A DNA stretch of 64,000 nt from Octopus vulgaris (lineage: Eukaryota), in NCBI GenBank assembly GCA_951406725.2, contig OX597814.1, positions 197,594,001 through 197,658,000 of the forward strand, given 5' to 3'. The notes beneath the pieces were generated by a model that saw nothing but the letters and a program-made list of their open reading frames with translations, was not told the DNA's origin and did no database searches. The translations under genes were made by a program, and so were the position numbers. Below, in pieces: positions 53,530 to 64,000 of this stretch. Numbering within the stretch: position 1 is the first letter of the stretch; each line of letters opens with the position of its first letter.

Positions 53530-54075
53530 TTTTTTTCTACTCTGGGCACAAGGCCTGAAATCTTGGGGGGTGGGGGCTGATCGATTTGATCAAACCCAGT
53601 ACGGAACTGGTATTTAATTTATCGACCCCGAAAGGATGAAAGATAACGTCGACCTCGGCGGAATTTGAACTCAGAGCGTAAAGACAGACGAAATATAGCT
53701 AAGCATTTCGCCCGGCGTTGCAAACGTTTCTTATTTCTTTATTAACCACAAGGGGTCAAACATAGAGGGGACAAAAAAGGACAGTAAAAGAGATTAAGTC
53801 AATTACATCGACCCCAGTGCGTAACTCGTACTTAATTTAATCGATCCCGAAAGGATGAAAGGCAAAGTCGACCTCGGCGGAATTTGAACTCAGAATGTAA
53901 CGGCAGACGAAATACTGCTAAGCATTTCGCCCGGCGTGCCAACGTTTCTGCCAGCTCACCCCCTTCGCCAACACATTCTTTTCTACTCTAGGTAGAAGGC
54001 CCGAACTTTTGGGGGAGGGGGCCAGTCGATTAGATCGACCCAATACGCAACTGGTATTTGATTTACCGACCCCGT
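53530..54075 (-). mobile_element. Nested SINE B/B2 cluster
   Basis: Three overlapping B-type units; flanked by GTCAGCAATCATATATT at 53515-53531 and 54074-54090. Confidence 0.8.
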
Positions 54076-54308
54076 CAGCAATCATATATTAAGCAAGATT
54101 CCACTTTTTCACATCACAGCGCTACTGATTTATTTTATTTTCTTGTTTAATTTGAACCCTAAATTTATAGAGCCCAGACTTTTGACAGAGATCTCCCTGC
54201 AATATATCTTAGAGGATACATCGGTTTCTAATCAGCTTATTCAAATTAAACACTGCTTTTATATTTCACACGCGTCCACTAGCATAAGCCGTAGGAAACA
54301 CTATGGCG

Positions 54309-54345
<37 letters not shown>

Positions 54346-54580
54346 GGCGCAGGTGTGGCAGTGTGGTAAGAAGCTTGCTTCCCAACTACATGGTTCGGGG
54401 TTCAGTCCCACTACGTGGAACCTTAGGCATGTGTCCTCAACTGTAGCCTCGGGCCGGTCAAAGCCGTGTGAGTGGATTCGGTAGAAAGAAACTGAAAGCA
54501 GCCTGCCAACCAAAGCCTTGCGAGTGGATTTGATAGACGGAAACTGAAAGAAGCCCGTCATATATATATGCGTATATATA
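54346..54580 (+). mobile_element. SINE family A 5' half with internal duplication
   Basis: Head plus twice CAAAGCC..GAGTGGATT..AAACTGAAAG. Confidence 0.8.
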
Positions 54581-54752
54581 TATATATATACTTACTGCGG
54601 AGAGACCTTTTGAACACCCTGTAGAAACTAACTTATAACAAATAAATAAAGAATTTTCTGCCAAACCTTAATTGATTAAGAATGTTTTGGCCAAAGTATT
54701 CAATGCAAGGTTCCATGCCTGATTTATTTGACTTTATATTATTGTTCTAGCC

Positions 54753-54812
<60 letters not shown>

Positions 54813-55585
54813 AAACAAACTACTTTCTGTACTCACTTTCCATTCTAAATAAATTATTGATTTCACATTTCTGGCACAAGGTCAGCAATTTCGGTGGGAG
54901 GGGGCAAGTTGATTACATTGAACCCAGTACTTTACTGGTACTTATTTTCTTTTAAGCAAAGTCCACCTCGGCGGAATTTCCACTCAGACCGTAAAGATGG
55001 ACAAAATGCGACTCATCATTTTGCCAGCTCACCGCTTTATTCTAAATTAATTATTAAAAATGTATATTTCAAGATTGTTTCCCCTGCAGATCTTAATCGG
55101 AATTAATCACTAAAAGGATTAATCATTTTCACACTGGATCACGGGTGTAATATTAATTAATTAGTCAATTAATTAAAATGTCTTAGCTCATCACCACATT
55201 AAGTACGTTAGCACTGTCTTTACTTTGTGTTTTGTGTTAATGTCCGCTTGACAACAATTAAAATCTATCTTCCTACAAAACACTTTATTTTAATATACAG
55301 CTTTTATAAAGTCATAGCATCCCTGGAGATGTAATAGCTTCATAGAAAATATATCAGAAGGTATGGATTGACGGTTCTATTGTTACTTTTGGTATTTTAC
55401 TGAACTGTTAGAATACTTTAAAACTTAGAAGGGAGTCATAACACCTATGAACATTTTCAGGGAGAAGAAAAGCGCGGCATATCGTCAAACCGTTGATCAG
55501 AAGCGAATGATTGAAACAAAATGGACTCAATTTAAAACATTCCCAGTCTAGCTGATGTGGAGCTGAATGGTGGCTTAAGTCTACC

Positions 55586-56001
55586 TATTTCTTTACTACC
55601 CACAAGGGGCTAAACACAGAGGAGACAAACAAGGACAGACAGACGGATTAAGTCGATTATATCGACCCCAGTGTGTAACTGGTATTAAATTTATCGACCC
55701 CGAAAGGATGAAAGGCAATGTCGACCTGGGCGGAATTTGAACTCAGAACGTAACGACAGACGAAATACCTATTTCTTTACTACCCACAAGGGGCTAAACA
55801 CAGAGAGGACAAACAAGGACAGACAAACGGATTAAGTCGATTATATCGACCCCACTGCGTAACTGGTACTTATTTAATCGACCCCGAAAGGATGAAAGGC
55901 AAAGTCGACCTCGGCGGAATTTGAACACAAAACGTAACGGCAGATGAAATACGGCTAAGCATTTCGCCCGGCGTGCTAACGTTTCTGCCAGCTCGCCGCC
56001 T
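55586..56001 (-). mobile_element. SINE family B dimer
   Basis: Same dimer junction as 6563-6977; TSD TGGCTTAAGT(C/A)TAC at 55571-55584 and 56007-56020. Confidence 0.88.
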
Positions 56002-56670
56002 TATCGTGGCTTAAGTATACTGCCAGAGAATGGGAACCGTCCCGCCAACTGACTTCCATGTAGTTTAAGTCTGCTCAGAAGAGTTTTGTTTACCTGAGGC
56101 TATAGCAAAAAAAGACAATTATCCAGATTGCCCCACAATGAACTTGAATCTGGAACTATGGAGAAGCGAAACTAACTTCTTGACTACATAACCATTCCTG
56201 CCCAAACACAGAGTTTACAGGAAGTCTCTATACATTTTCATTGCTTGGTCAGATGGAAGGACAACAGGGAAGATAAGTCTTTCTCAAACCAGAGACTTGA
56301 ACCGAATAATTGCAAGAGAGAGAACTCGACTAAAGACAACCACAAACCGCGTGGTTGTGGTCGTTGTAATGGTGGGGGTATTGGTAGTATTGATCAACTG
56401 ATAAAGTCTACCACCTCAGTGGGCCACGGCAGGATTTGAACGCAGAATACAAAGAGCCTTAACAAATACCGCAAGTCATCTATAACGTTGACCCAGCTAT
56501 TTCGCCAATCTTCAGCCTTACGCTGCCATGTAAATTATGGATCCTTCGACGAAGAAAAGTAGAATTGCCCAAAGCGATATATATATATAAAAAAAAAACA
56601 CTTAAGCTTGCTCACATGTTTAGCTGCTATAGTTGTCTCAGTAAGCTTAACGTTGGTAAGTTAAACAATA

Positions 56671-57092
56671 AGCGCAGGAGTGGCTGTGTGATAAGTAGCT
56701 TGCTAACCAACCACATGGTTCCGGGTTCAGTCCCACTGCGTGGCATCTTGGGCAAGTGTCTTCTACTATAGCCTCGGGCCGACCAAAGCCTCGTGAGTGG
56801 ATACGGTAGACGGAAACTGAAAGAAGCCCGTCGTATATATGTATATATATATATATATGTCTGTGTGTTTTGTGTGCGTGTATGTTTGTGTGTCTGTGTT
56901 TGTCCCCCTAGCATTTTATAGCTTGACAACCGATGCTGGTGTGTTTATGTCCCCGTCACTTAGCGGTTCGGCAAAAGAGACCGATAGAATAAGTACTGGG
57001 CTTACAAAGAATAAGTCCCGGGGTCGATTTGCTCGACTAAAGGCGGTGCTCCAGCATGGCCGCAGTCAACTGACTGAAACAAGTAAAAGAGT
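56671..57092 (+). mobile_element. SINE family A, full length
   Basis: Family A consensus, very close to 15797-16301. Confidence 0.92.
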
Positions 57093-57183
57093 AATTCTAT
57101 TGTATTCCATTTCAATTATTTCTTTTGTACTCTGCAGTATCTCCTTTTTTTAAAAAATATAATCGATACTTCTTGATACTTAA

Positions 57184-57559
57184 TTACCTCCGCCTTAAGC
57201 GAAGGCTGAGGTATTAATTTCAGTCGTGTTTGTTTGTTTGTCTGAGGACAAGATATCTCAAGAACCGCTGGATGGATTCAGATGAATCTTTCTGGGATGT
57301 TTGGCTTCGTGACTTGCACGAACTGATTAGATTTGGGGATCAATCCGGTACCGGACAAGAGTTCTGAATTATTTTTCCGTTTTTTTTTTTTTTTTTACTT
57401 AATTTTTGAGGGCGGTAGAGTTCATTTTTAGTATTCTCGTCTGTGAGAGTAGTCGAGTTTATTTCAGATATTCTCATTTAAAAAATCATCTCTGGCTAAT
57501 CGTTGAGGGGACGTTGATGTTGCCTTGGCGGAGGTTTGCGCTCTCTTAGTGTTCTTGTT
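57184..57559 (+). mobile_element. Helentron-associated non-autonomous element (HINE/DINE-1-like), complete
   Basis: 5' subTIR TTACCTCCGCC, nearby inverted GGCTGAGGTA, (GTTT)n, 3' subTIR GGCGGAGGT 57527-57535 followed by a short hairpin. Confidence 0.7.
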
Positions 57560-57582
57560 ATTATTATCATTATAGAATAAGT

Positions 57583-58572
57583 TGATGAGCTGGTAGAATC
57601 GTTAGCACACCAGACAAAATGCTTAGCGGCATTTCGTCCGTCTTTACGTTCTGAGTTCAAATTCCACAGAGGTCGACTCTGCCTTTCATTCACTCGGGGT
57701 CGATGAAATAAGTAGCAGTTGGACACTGGGGACTGAGTAATCGACTAACTAGTTCCACCAGAATTCCACGCCTTGTACCTTTAGAAGAAAGGGTTATCAG
57801 TATTCTTTTCTAGTCTAGGCACAAGGCCCGAAATTTTGGGGGAGAGATCCAGTCGATTAGATCGACCCCAGTACGCATTTGGCACTTAATTTATCGACCC
57901 CGAAAGGATGAAAGGCAAAGTCGACCTCGGCGGAATTTGAACTCACATGTAAAGACATTAGTTTGAAATTCAACTGTTTTTTTGTTTGAGAAAGAGTCTG
58001 TTCTTTTTGACATTTTGCTAAGCATTGGCAATTATCATAATGCGCGTGTGTTTAATTGTTTGTTTTTGAAAGCTTTCCTCTATATGTGTAATGTGTGTGT
58101 GTACGTAGGTGTGCGTGAGTCCGTGTTAAAGTTGGTAAATTCTATGCAATATATAGAATATTGGTTTCAAATTTTGACAAAAGACCAGCAATTGCAGAGG
58201 AGGGGGTAAATCGATTACATCGACCCCAGTGCACAACTGGTACTTATTTTATCAAATACCTGAAATGATGAAGGACTAAGTCGACCTCGGCGGAATTTGA
58301 ACTTAGAACGTAAAGACGGGACGCTAACGATTTCGCCAGCTCGCCGCCTCAATATAATCATTTCTACTATAGGCACAAGGCCTGAATTTTGTTTTTTTTT
58401 GTGCGGGGGGGTTTCTACTCGATTACATCGACCCCAGTGTTTCACTGGTACTTAATTTATCGACTCCGGGAGGATGAAAGGCAATATCAACCGCGGTGGA
58501 ATTTGAACTCAGAACGTAGCAACAGGTGAAATACTGCCAAGCGTTTTGTCCAGCGCGCTAACTCGCTACCTT
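57583..58572. mobile_element. Cluster of SINE B/B2 copies (+57583-57795; -57805-57955; -58165-58350; -58360-58572)
   Basis: Family B core in each. Confidence 0.8.
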
Positions 58573-58587
58573 ATTATAATAGACAAT

Positions 58588-58872
58588 TGTTTGTTCCTTC
58601 TCGAGCCAACCCTGGCCCATAAGGGCCGGTTTCCCTGGCGTATAGGTTCCCCACTTGGACGGGACGCTGGTCCGTCGCAGGTGAGCTGCAAGATGCAGGA
58701 GGAAAGAGTGAGAGAAAGTTGCGGCGAAAGAAGCTCGTCATTACCTTCTGCCGGAGTCGCATGGAGCTTAGGTGTTTCGCTCATAAACACACACATCGCC
58801 CAGTCTGAGATTCGAACCCGCGTTCCCTCGACCGCGAGTCCGCTGCTCTAACCACAAGGCCATGTGCCTCCA
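58588..58872 (-). mobile_element. SINE family D (tRNA head + V-SINE-like domain)
   Basis: Head GGCACATGGCCTTGTGGTTAGAGC...GGGTTCGAATCTC; CCTGCGACGGACCAGCGTCCCGTCCA resembles the V-domain. Confidence 0.7.
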
Positions 58873-59294
58873 CCTAATAGACTATTAATGTTTCTAAAAC
58901 ATACAGAGCGTTGTGTGCCTTATTTATTCGTGTATAAACCGCGCAATTTTATACTCGATCTTAACTAAAATAAACTGGGATGTGACTTATATGCGGAACC
59001 AATCTGATATGAAGTTTGAATATAAGTCGAAGGTGGAATTTTGTACCAAAATTTAACACTAAATTAGGATTGTGACTTAGTGATTCGACTGTAGGGTAAC
59101 AGTTTTAAACATGGACAGTTAATTGACTTCCTCATGCTTTATTTTCTCGAACAATTCTTAGCTGGAGCCCATCGTTTTGTTTTCCTTTCTGGCATTCTTT
59201 ACAGAAATTAATGCAGCACGGATTTTTGTCAGTGAACAGGTCGCGGTCTTAAAGCGACGAAAATATTTTGACAAATTAAACTTAAATGTTGAAG

Positions 59295-59414
59295 AGAATC
59301 TAACGCTTTTGTGTGTTTCTTAAATGGCTTACAAACACCTTCCACGCTGCAATTGTTTTCGTTTCAGCACACGATCTCAGATCAAGTCACTTGCTATGCA
59401 AGTACATCTCCGTA
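59295..59414 (-). mobile_element. Probable Tc1/mariner MITE end
   Basis: Terminus TACGGAGATGTACTTGCATAGCAAGTGAC on the minus strand; partner TIR not found. Confidence 0.35.
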
Positions 59415-60264
59415 ATTTACAGAAATTGTTGAATAAATAATTTCGCAAAACAATTGCTTTTGCGAAAATTTATATGTATTTGTAGCAGATATAACGACCA
59501 CCAAGACTCTGTCTCGTTGACTTATAATTTGCACAGATTACTTCTTTCTTTTTGCATAATCCAATTGTAACTACTTTTGTTGTTTCGTACACTTATGATC
59601 AAAGGCGTTCTGATCGTGACCATCCCATCTCTTTGTACATGGCTCATTACAATAATCATAGATTCATTTACTTTTATCTTTCTCTTCTTCTGCTTTTTTT
59701 TTCTCTTTAAAGATAACTGGCTCGTATAATTTAATTCTCTTTGGAAGCAGCATATTTTTCTACATTCCAATATATAGAATCTCGCTTTTAATCGATCGGA
59801 GAGAACCGGAAGTATTTATATGCACTTGCTAGTTTTTTTCTTCTTCTGCTTCTTTCGTAAAAACAAGTGTGCTTCTGACTAGAGATGCAAACCATCTACT
59901 GACGTCTCTACTTCCACGCTCAGATTCACCGCCTTTAAGTCAAAACAAGGAATCAATAACGGAATATATATATATGCCTGCATGCACTCATTAACTTTAT
60001 AATTCTGCATATTTATAGCTATTCACACACATGTGTACCTAGAAAATTCAATATATGTGTGTGTGTTTTAATAAATACAGTGTAAAAGCATGTGATTACA
60101 CGCTTATACTGACTTCTCTGTTACTGTTAAAACGATTTTGCTAGCGTTTACGATAGCTGACATCGATGAAAATATCAAAACGAAATATGTTTTTAGAAGG
60201 CAGAATGAAAGGGGATTCCAGCACAGCCTCAACTTAAGTACACAGGTTTTCTTCAGAGCATATT

Positions 60265-61142
60265 TCCGCGTGGGTGTGTGGTGAGTTTTGTTTCCCACCC
60301 ACACAGTTCCGTGGCCAGTCCCACTGCGCAGCATCTTGGGCAAATGACTTCTACTATAGACTTGAGCCGACCAAAGCCTTGTGGGTGGATTTCGTAGACA
60401 GAAACTGAAAGAAGCAGGTCATTATATATATATATACACACACACACACAAGTGTGTGTGTATTTACTAATTGACAGGGAGGACATAACCTGATATATAT
60501 ATATAGATAGATAGATAGATAGATGAGTGGCTGTGTGCTAAGTAGCTTGCTTCCCAACCACATGGTTGTGGATTCGGTCACACTGCGTGGCACCTTGGGC
60601 AACTGTTTTCTACTATAGCCTCGGGGTGACCAAAGCCTTGTTAGTGGATTTGGTAGAGGGAAAGTGAAAGAAGCCCATCATGTATATGTCTGTGTGCCTG
60701 TGTTCACCCCCCCACACACACACACACACCATCGCTTGACAACCGATGCTGGTGTGATTACGCCCCAGTAAACTAGCGGTTCGGCAAAAGAGGCCAATAG
60801 ATTAAGTACTAGGCTTACGAAGAATAAGTCATGGGGTTGATTTGTGAGACCAAAGGCGGTGCTCCAGCAAAGCTGCAGTCAAATGACTGATAGAAGTTAA
60901 AAAGATAGATAGACAGGTAGATGGATACGTGTATGTGCGTGTCTTTGTGTCAGTGTTTGTCCCCCGCCACCGCTTGACTACGCTGTCTACGTCCCTGTAA
61001 ACTAGCGGTTCGGCAAAAATATATCGATAGAATTAGACCAGGCTTTCAAGAAATTTGAAGTACTTGGGTTGATTTGTTCCACAAAATTCCTGCAAGGCCG
61101 TGCTCCAGCATGGCCGCAGTCTAATGACTGAAACAAGTAAAC
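60265..61142 (+). mobile_element. Three decayed SINE A copies (60265-60450; 60524-60905; 60930-61142)
   Basis: Family A head, core and tail segments. Confidence 0.8.
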
Positions 61143-61257
61143 CATAAAATATAACCAATTCTATAAATTTGTAATATGTCATTCTTTCCATTTTTTTCCA
61201 AAAGCTTTCGAACCTCGGGGTTTTAGGTTCAAACCCACTGCACGATGCCTTGGGCAG

Positions 61258-61797
61258 AAAGGGGTCAAGGCCGCTGGCTGGGATCGTGTGATAGCGGCGC
61301 AACGTGGCAATGATTCCACAATAAGGTCTTTGACGAAGAACTTGGAAAACGAACCCGGTTAAAGGTCTTCCAGAAGCATTTCGCCGGCTTTTCGTGGGGG
61401 AGGGGCGGTGGACCGGAGTGTAGGAGGGACCTCAAGGACTTCCTCGCTGGTTTGCGGCGTCTCTCGGGGCGGGAACCAGAATGCTGTGAAAGACCAATCA
61501 CAGCCGTAGAGGTGGAGGAGCTTTTTACCGGACTGCGGAGAGAACAGGCGGCCGGGGCTTCAAGGACTTCCCTACGAGCTACATCATAGTATGTCAGACT
61601 TGTTTGGGCACCTACTGGCATGTGTCTTCGCCAAGTGGCAGCATGGGTTTATGCCCATATCTGTGAGCCGGGGTGTGAATGTACTGCTAAGAAAGGACCC
61701 TAACCAGGGGGACTTGGTAGAGAATTTCCAGCCAATCACTCTGCTTAACGCAGAGCTGAAGATTTTGGCCAAGGTACTAGCGGAAAGGTTGGCGCGT
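61258..61797 (+). pseudogene. L1/Tx1-group LINE fragment, pre-RT and RT N-terminus
   Basis: GLPYEL, LLRKDPNQGD, FQPITLLNAELKILAKVLAERL; GC-rich relative to flanks. Confidence 0.8.
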
Positions 61798-61872
61798 AAC
61801 TTCTACCGATGAATGTGTAATGTGTGAATTTGGTAGACAGAAACTGTGTGAAAGCATGTCGTGTATGTGTGC

Positions 61873-61905
<33 letters not shown>

Positions 61906-62069
61906 TTTTTTTTTCTTTTACTTGTTTCAGTCATTTGACTTCGACCATGCTGGAGCACCGCCTTTAGTCGAACAAATCGAGGACTTCTTTCTAAGCCTGT
62001 CTCTTTTGCCGAACCGCTAAGTTACGGGAATGTAAACACACCAACATCGGTTTGAGTGGACACACACAA

Positions 62070-62107
<38 letters not shown>

Positions 62108-63579
62108 TATTCAAAGAATTTCCAACTTTGTTTTTTATGTTTTATTTATATTCTTTATAATATTAATGTAGAATATAGAATATATAGTATAAAGCGTATA
62201 TATAGTAAAATGAAATGAAGTATTGATTGTTATATATATATATGACGGGCTTTGTTCGGCCCGAGGCTATATAGAAGGCACTTGCCTACAGGTAATCAAC
62301 AGAATCGGTTTCAATTAATGTATATCCAAACCGATGGTATATTCACGATTATCTCTCCTGTCCCCATTTCGCACGCGTGCACACACACACAAAGATCGTC
62401 AACCGGTGTATTTAAGCAGTTCAGTTATGTTTTCGGTGTCTCTTTTCTCTATAGTTTAAGGAAACAGCTTCAGTATTTCTGGACTAACAAGTGATCCTGT
62501 ATGTGGTCGATTGATCGGCTAGAAATAATAGTCGAATCCCTCTCAAAACGCACTCGTCTTAAATAAAAAATTATTATTTGCATAATATTTGAGAAAAGTT
62601 GGTATGATCATGGCAGGAATGCTCTTAACCATAGACCTAATTTGATCAAGGCTCACCTGGAATAAACACGCCATCAACAACGTAAACGAACGACAACAAC
62701 GCAGATGAAGGGAAGTGGAGAGTTTGTCCATAACGGGTCCCTGTGTAAATATTTCTCTCTGGAACTGAAGTGGTTAGATCTCATAAGCCAGGTGAATATC
62801 TCTACTCGATTGCTTGCCCTGTTAGCAGTCGCAGCTGAATCTACATCTGAGTAGATGTGTCGTACGGTGACCTCAAGTCGACCATAGTTTTCGAATGAAC
62901 CTCAGTGAAATCTTCTCGCAATTTCCATTCCTCTTCATTCCTAGATAGACTTAGTTACCTGTCTAAGGATAACTTACCTCCCTCAGCCGCCAGGGTTTCA
63001 AAATGGCTGAAGAAGCTGTGCTTTTCCTTCTAGCAATGGCATTAGAAAGTACACATACACTCTATCGTCCTAAATAATAGATGCACATTGCAATCGGTGG
63101 TCACAACTGGAACGCTTTTGTCTAACTGCTTGGTCATGGCTGACTGAAGCTAAATAACAGCAACAATGACGAGTACAACATCTCGGTCTAATAAGATGAC
63201 GGACATCTGCGAAGGATCCTAGGACAAAGATATGTATCTCCGAATGGGGATATTTATATGAGTGTGTATATAGAAATAGCAAGAGAGAGAGAGGAGAGAG
63301 AGAGAAAGAGAGAGATATATATAAAGTGAGAGAGGGGGAGATTAAGAAAGACACAGAAAGTGAGAAATATATATGATTATGGTTTTTCCCATCTGAATGA
63401 CTTTGCCAAGGATAGAACAGAACGGAAACAGGTTTATGGAGTCAATTTGCATTTCTGCATCATAATGTATGGAAACCTATAGGTTTCAAAAAATATCTAT
63501 GAAAAACCAACATGATCAAACGAACAAATGTACCGAAATTGAAATTGAATATTTATGTATTTTTTTCAAATACTTTCAT

Positions 63580-64000
63580 GTGTGTATATATATATGTATA
63601 GAATTTTGTATAATGCATGATTTGTGTGTGTGTGTGTGTGTATTTAATTATGCACATATAAATGCATATTTATATGTATACACGTGTATATGTTTATACA
63701 TCAAAATATATGTGTATGTATGTGTATATATATATGTGTGTGTGTGTATTGATATACATATATATGTATATAAATATGTGTCTGTGTATAGTTATATATG
63801 TATATATGCATATAAATGTGTATATATGTATATAAATATAGATTTATATATGTATATAAATATAGATTTATATATGTATATAAATATAGGTGTATATATG
63901 TGTATAAATATAGGTGTATATATGTGTATAAATATAGGTGTATATATGTGTATAAATATATATAAATATATGTATGCATATATAAATATATGCACGAATA
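63580..64000. repeat. TA/TG-rich microsatellite with 24-bp units
   Basis: Directly visible. Confidence 0.9.

Noticed and set aside
58910-59098. Possible pogo/Tigger-like MITE (TATAAGTCG/GACTTATA motifs)
   Set aside because: Too degenerate to define TIRs or a TSD.
62979-63069. Minus-strand exon candidate with TTTAG acceptor and GAG|GTAAGT donor
   Set aside because: Stops in all three frames and no recognisable protein; insufficient support.

Overview
Eukaryotic, AT-rich, repeat-saturated window with no recognisable host protein-coding exon. The SINE families, LINE types and very long (TA)n/(TACA)n arrays are typical of an Octopus (cephalopod) genome; this is inferred from recognition, not a database search. 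Nearly all long ORFs in the track ([12 protein letters not shown] runs) are microsatellite artefacts. Real content: (i) dozens of tRNA-derived SINEs from at least four modular families; (ii) about 12 decayed copies of a CR1-group LINE (CCCH-finger ORF1, APE, RT), mostly at 25.7-47.3 kb and often ending in (TA)n; (iii) a 3.4-kb HERO-like RLE retrotransposon nested in one of them; (iv) RTE, Dong/R4-like, Tx1/L1-like and Penelope fragments, a mariner MITE and Helentron-like HINEs. The most notable signal is a set of hammerhead ribozyme motifs. The 3' UTR of the HERO-like element holds a candidate non-circularly permuted (pseudoknotted) hammerhead (40458-40522), downstream of a Pol II promoter-like motif set. 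Penelope-type terminal repeats hold one canonical minimal hammerhead (43983-44045, minus), one near-canonical one (43503-43540, plus) and several degenerate relatives. All structures were folded by eye and need experimental or covariance confirmation.
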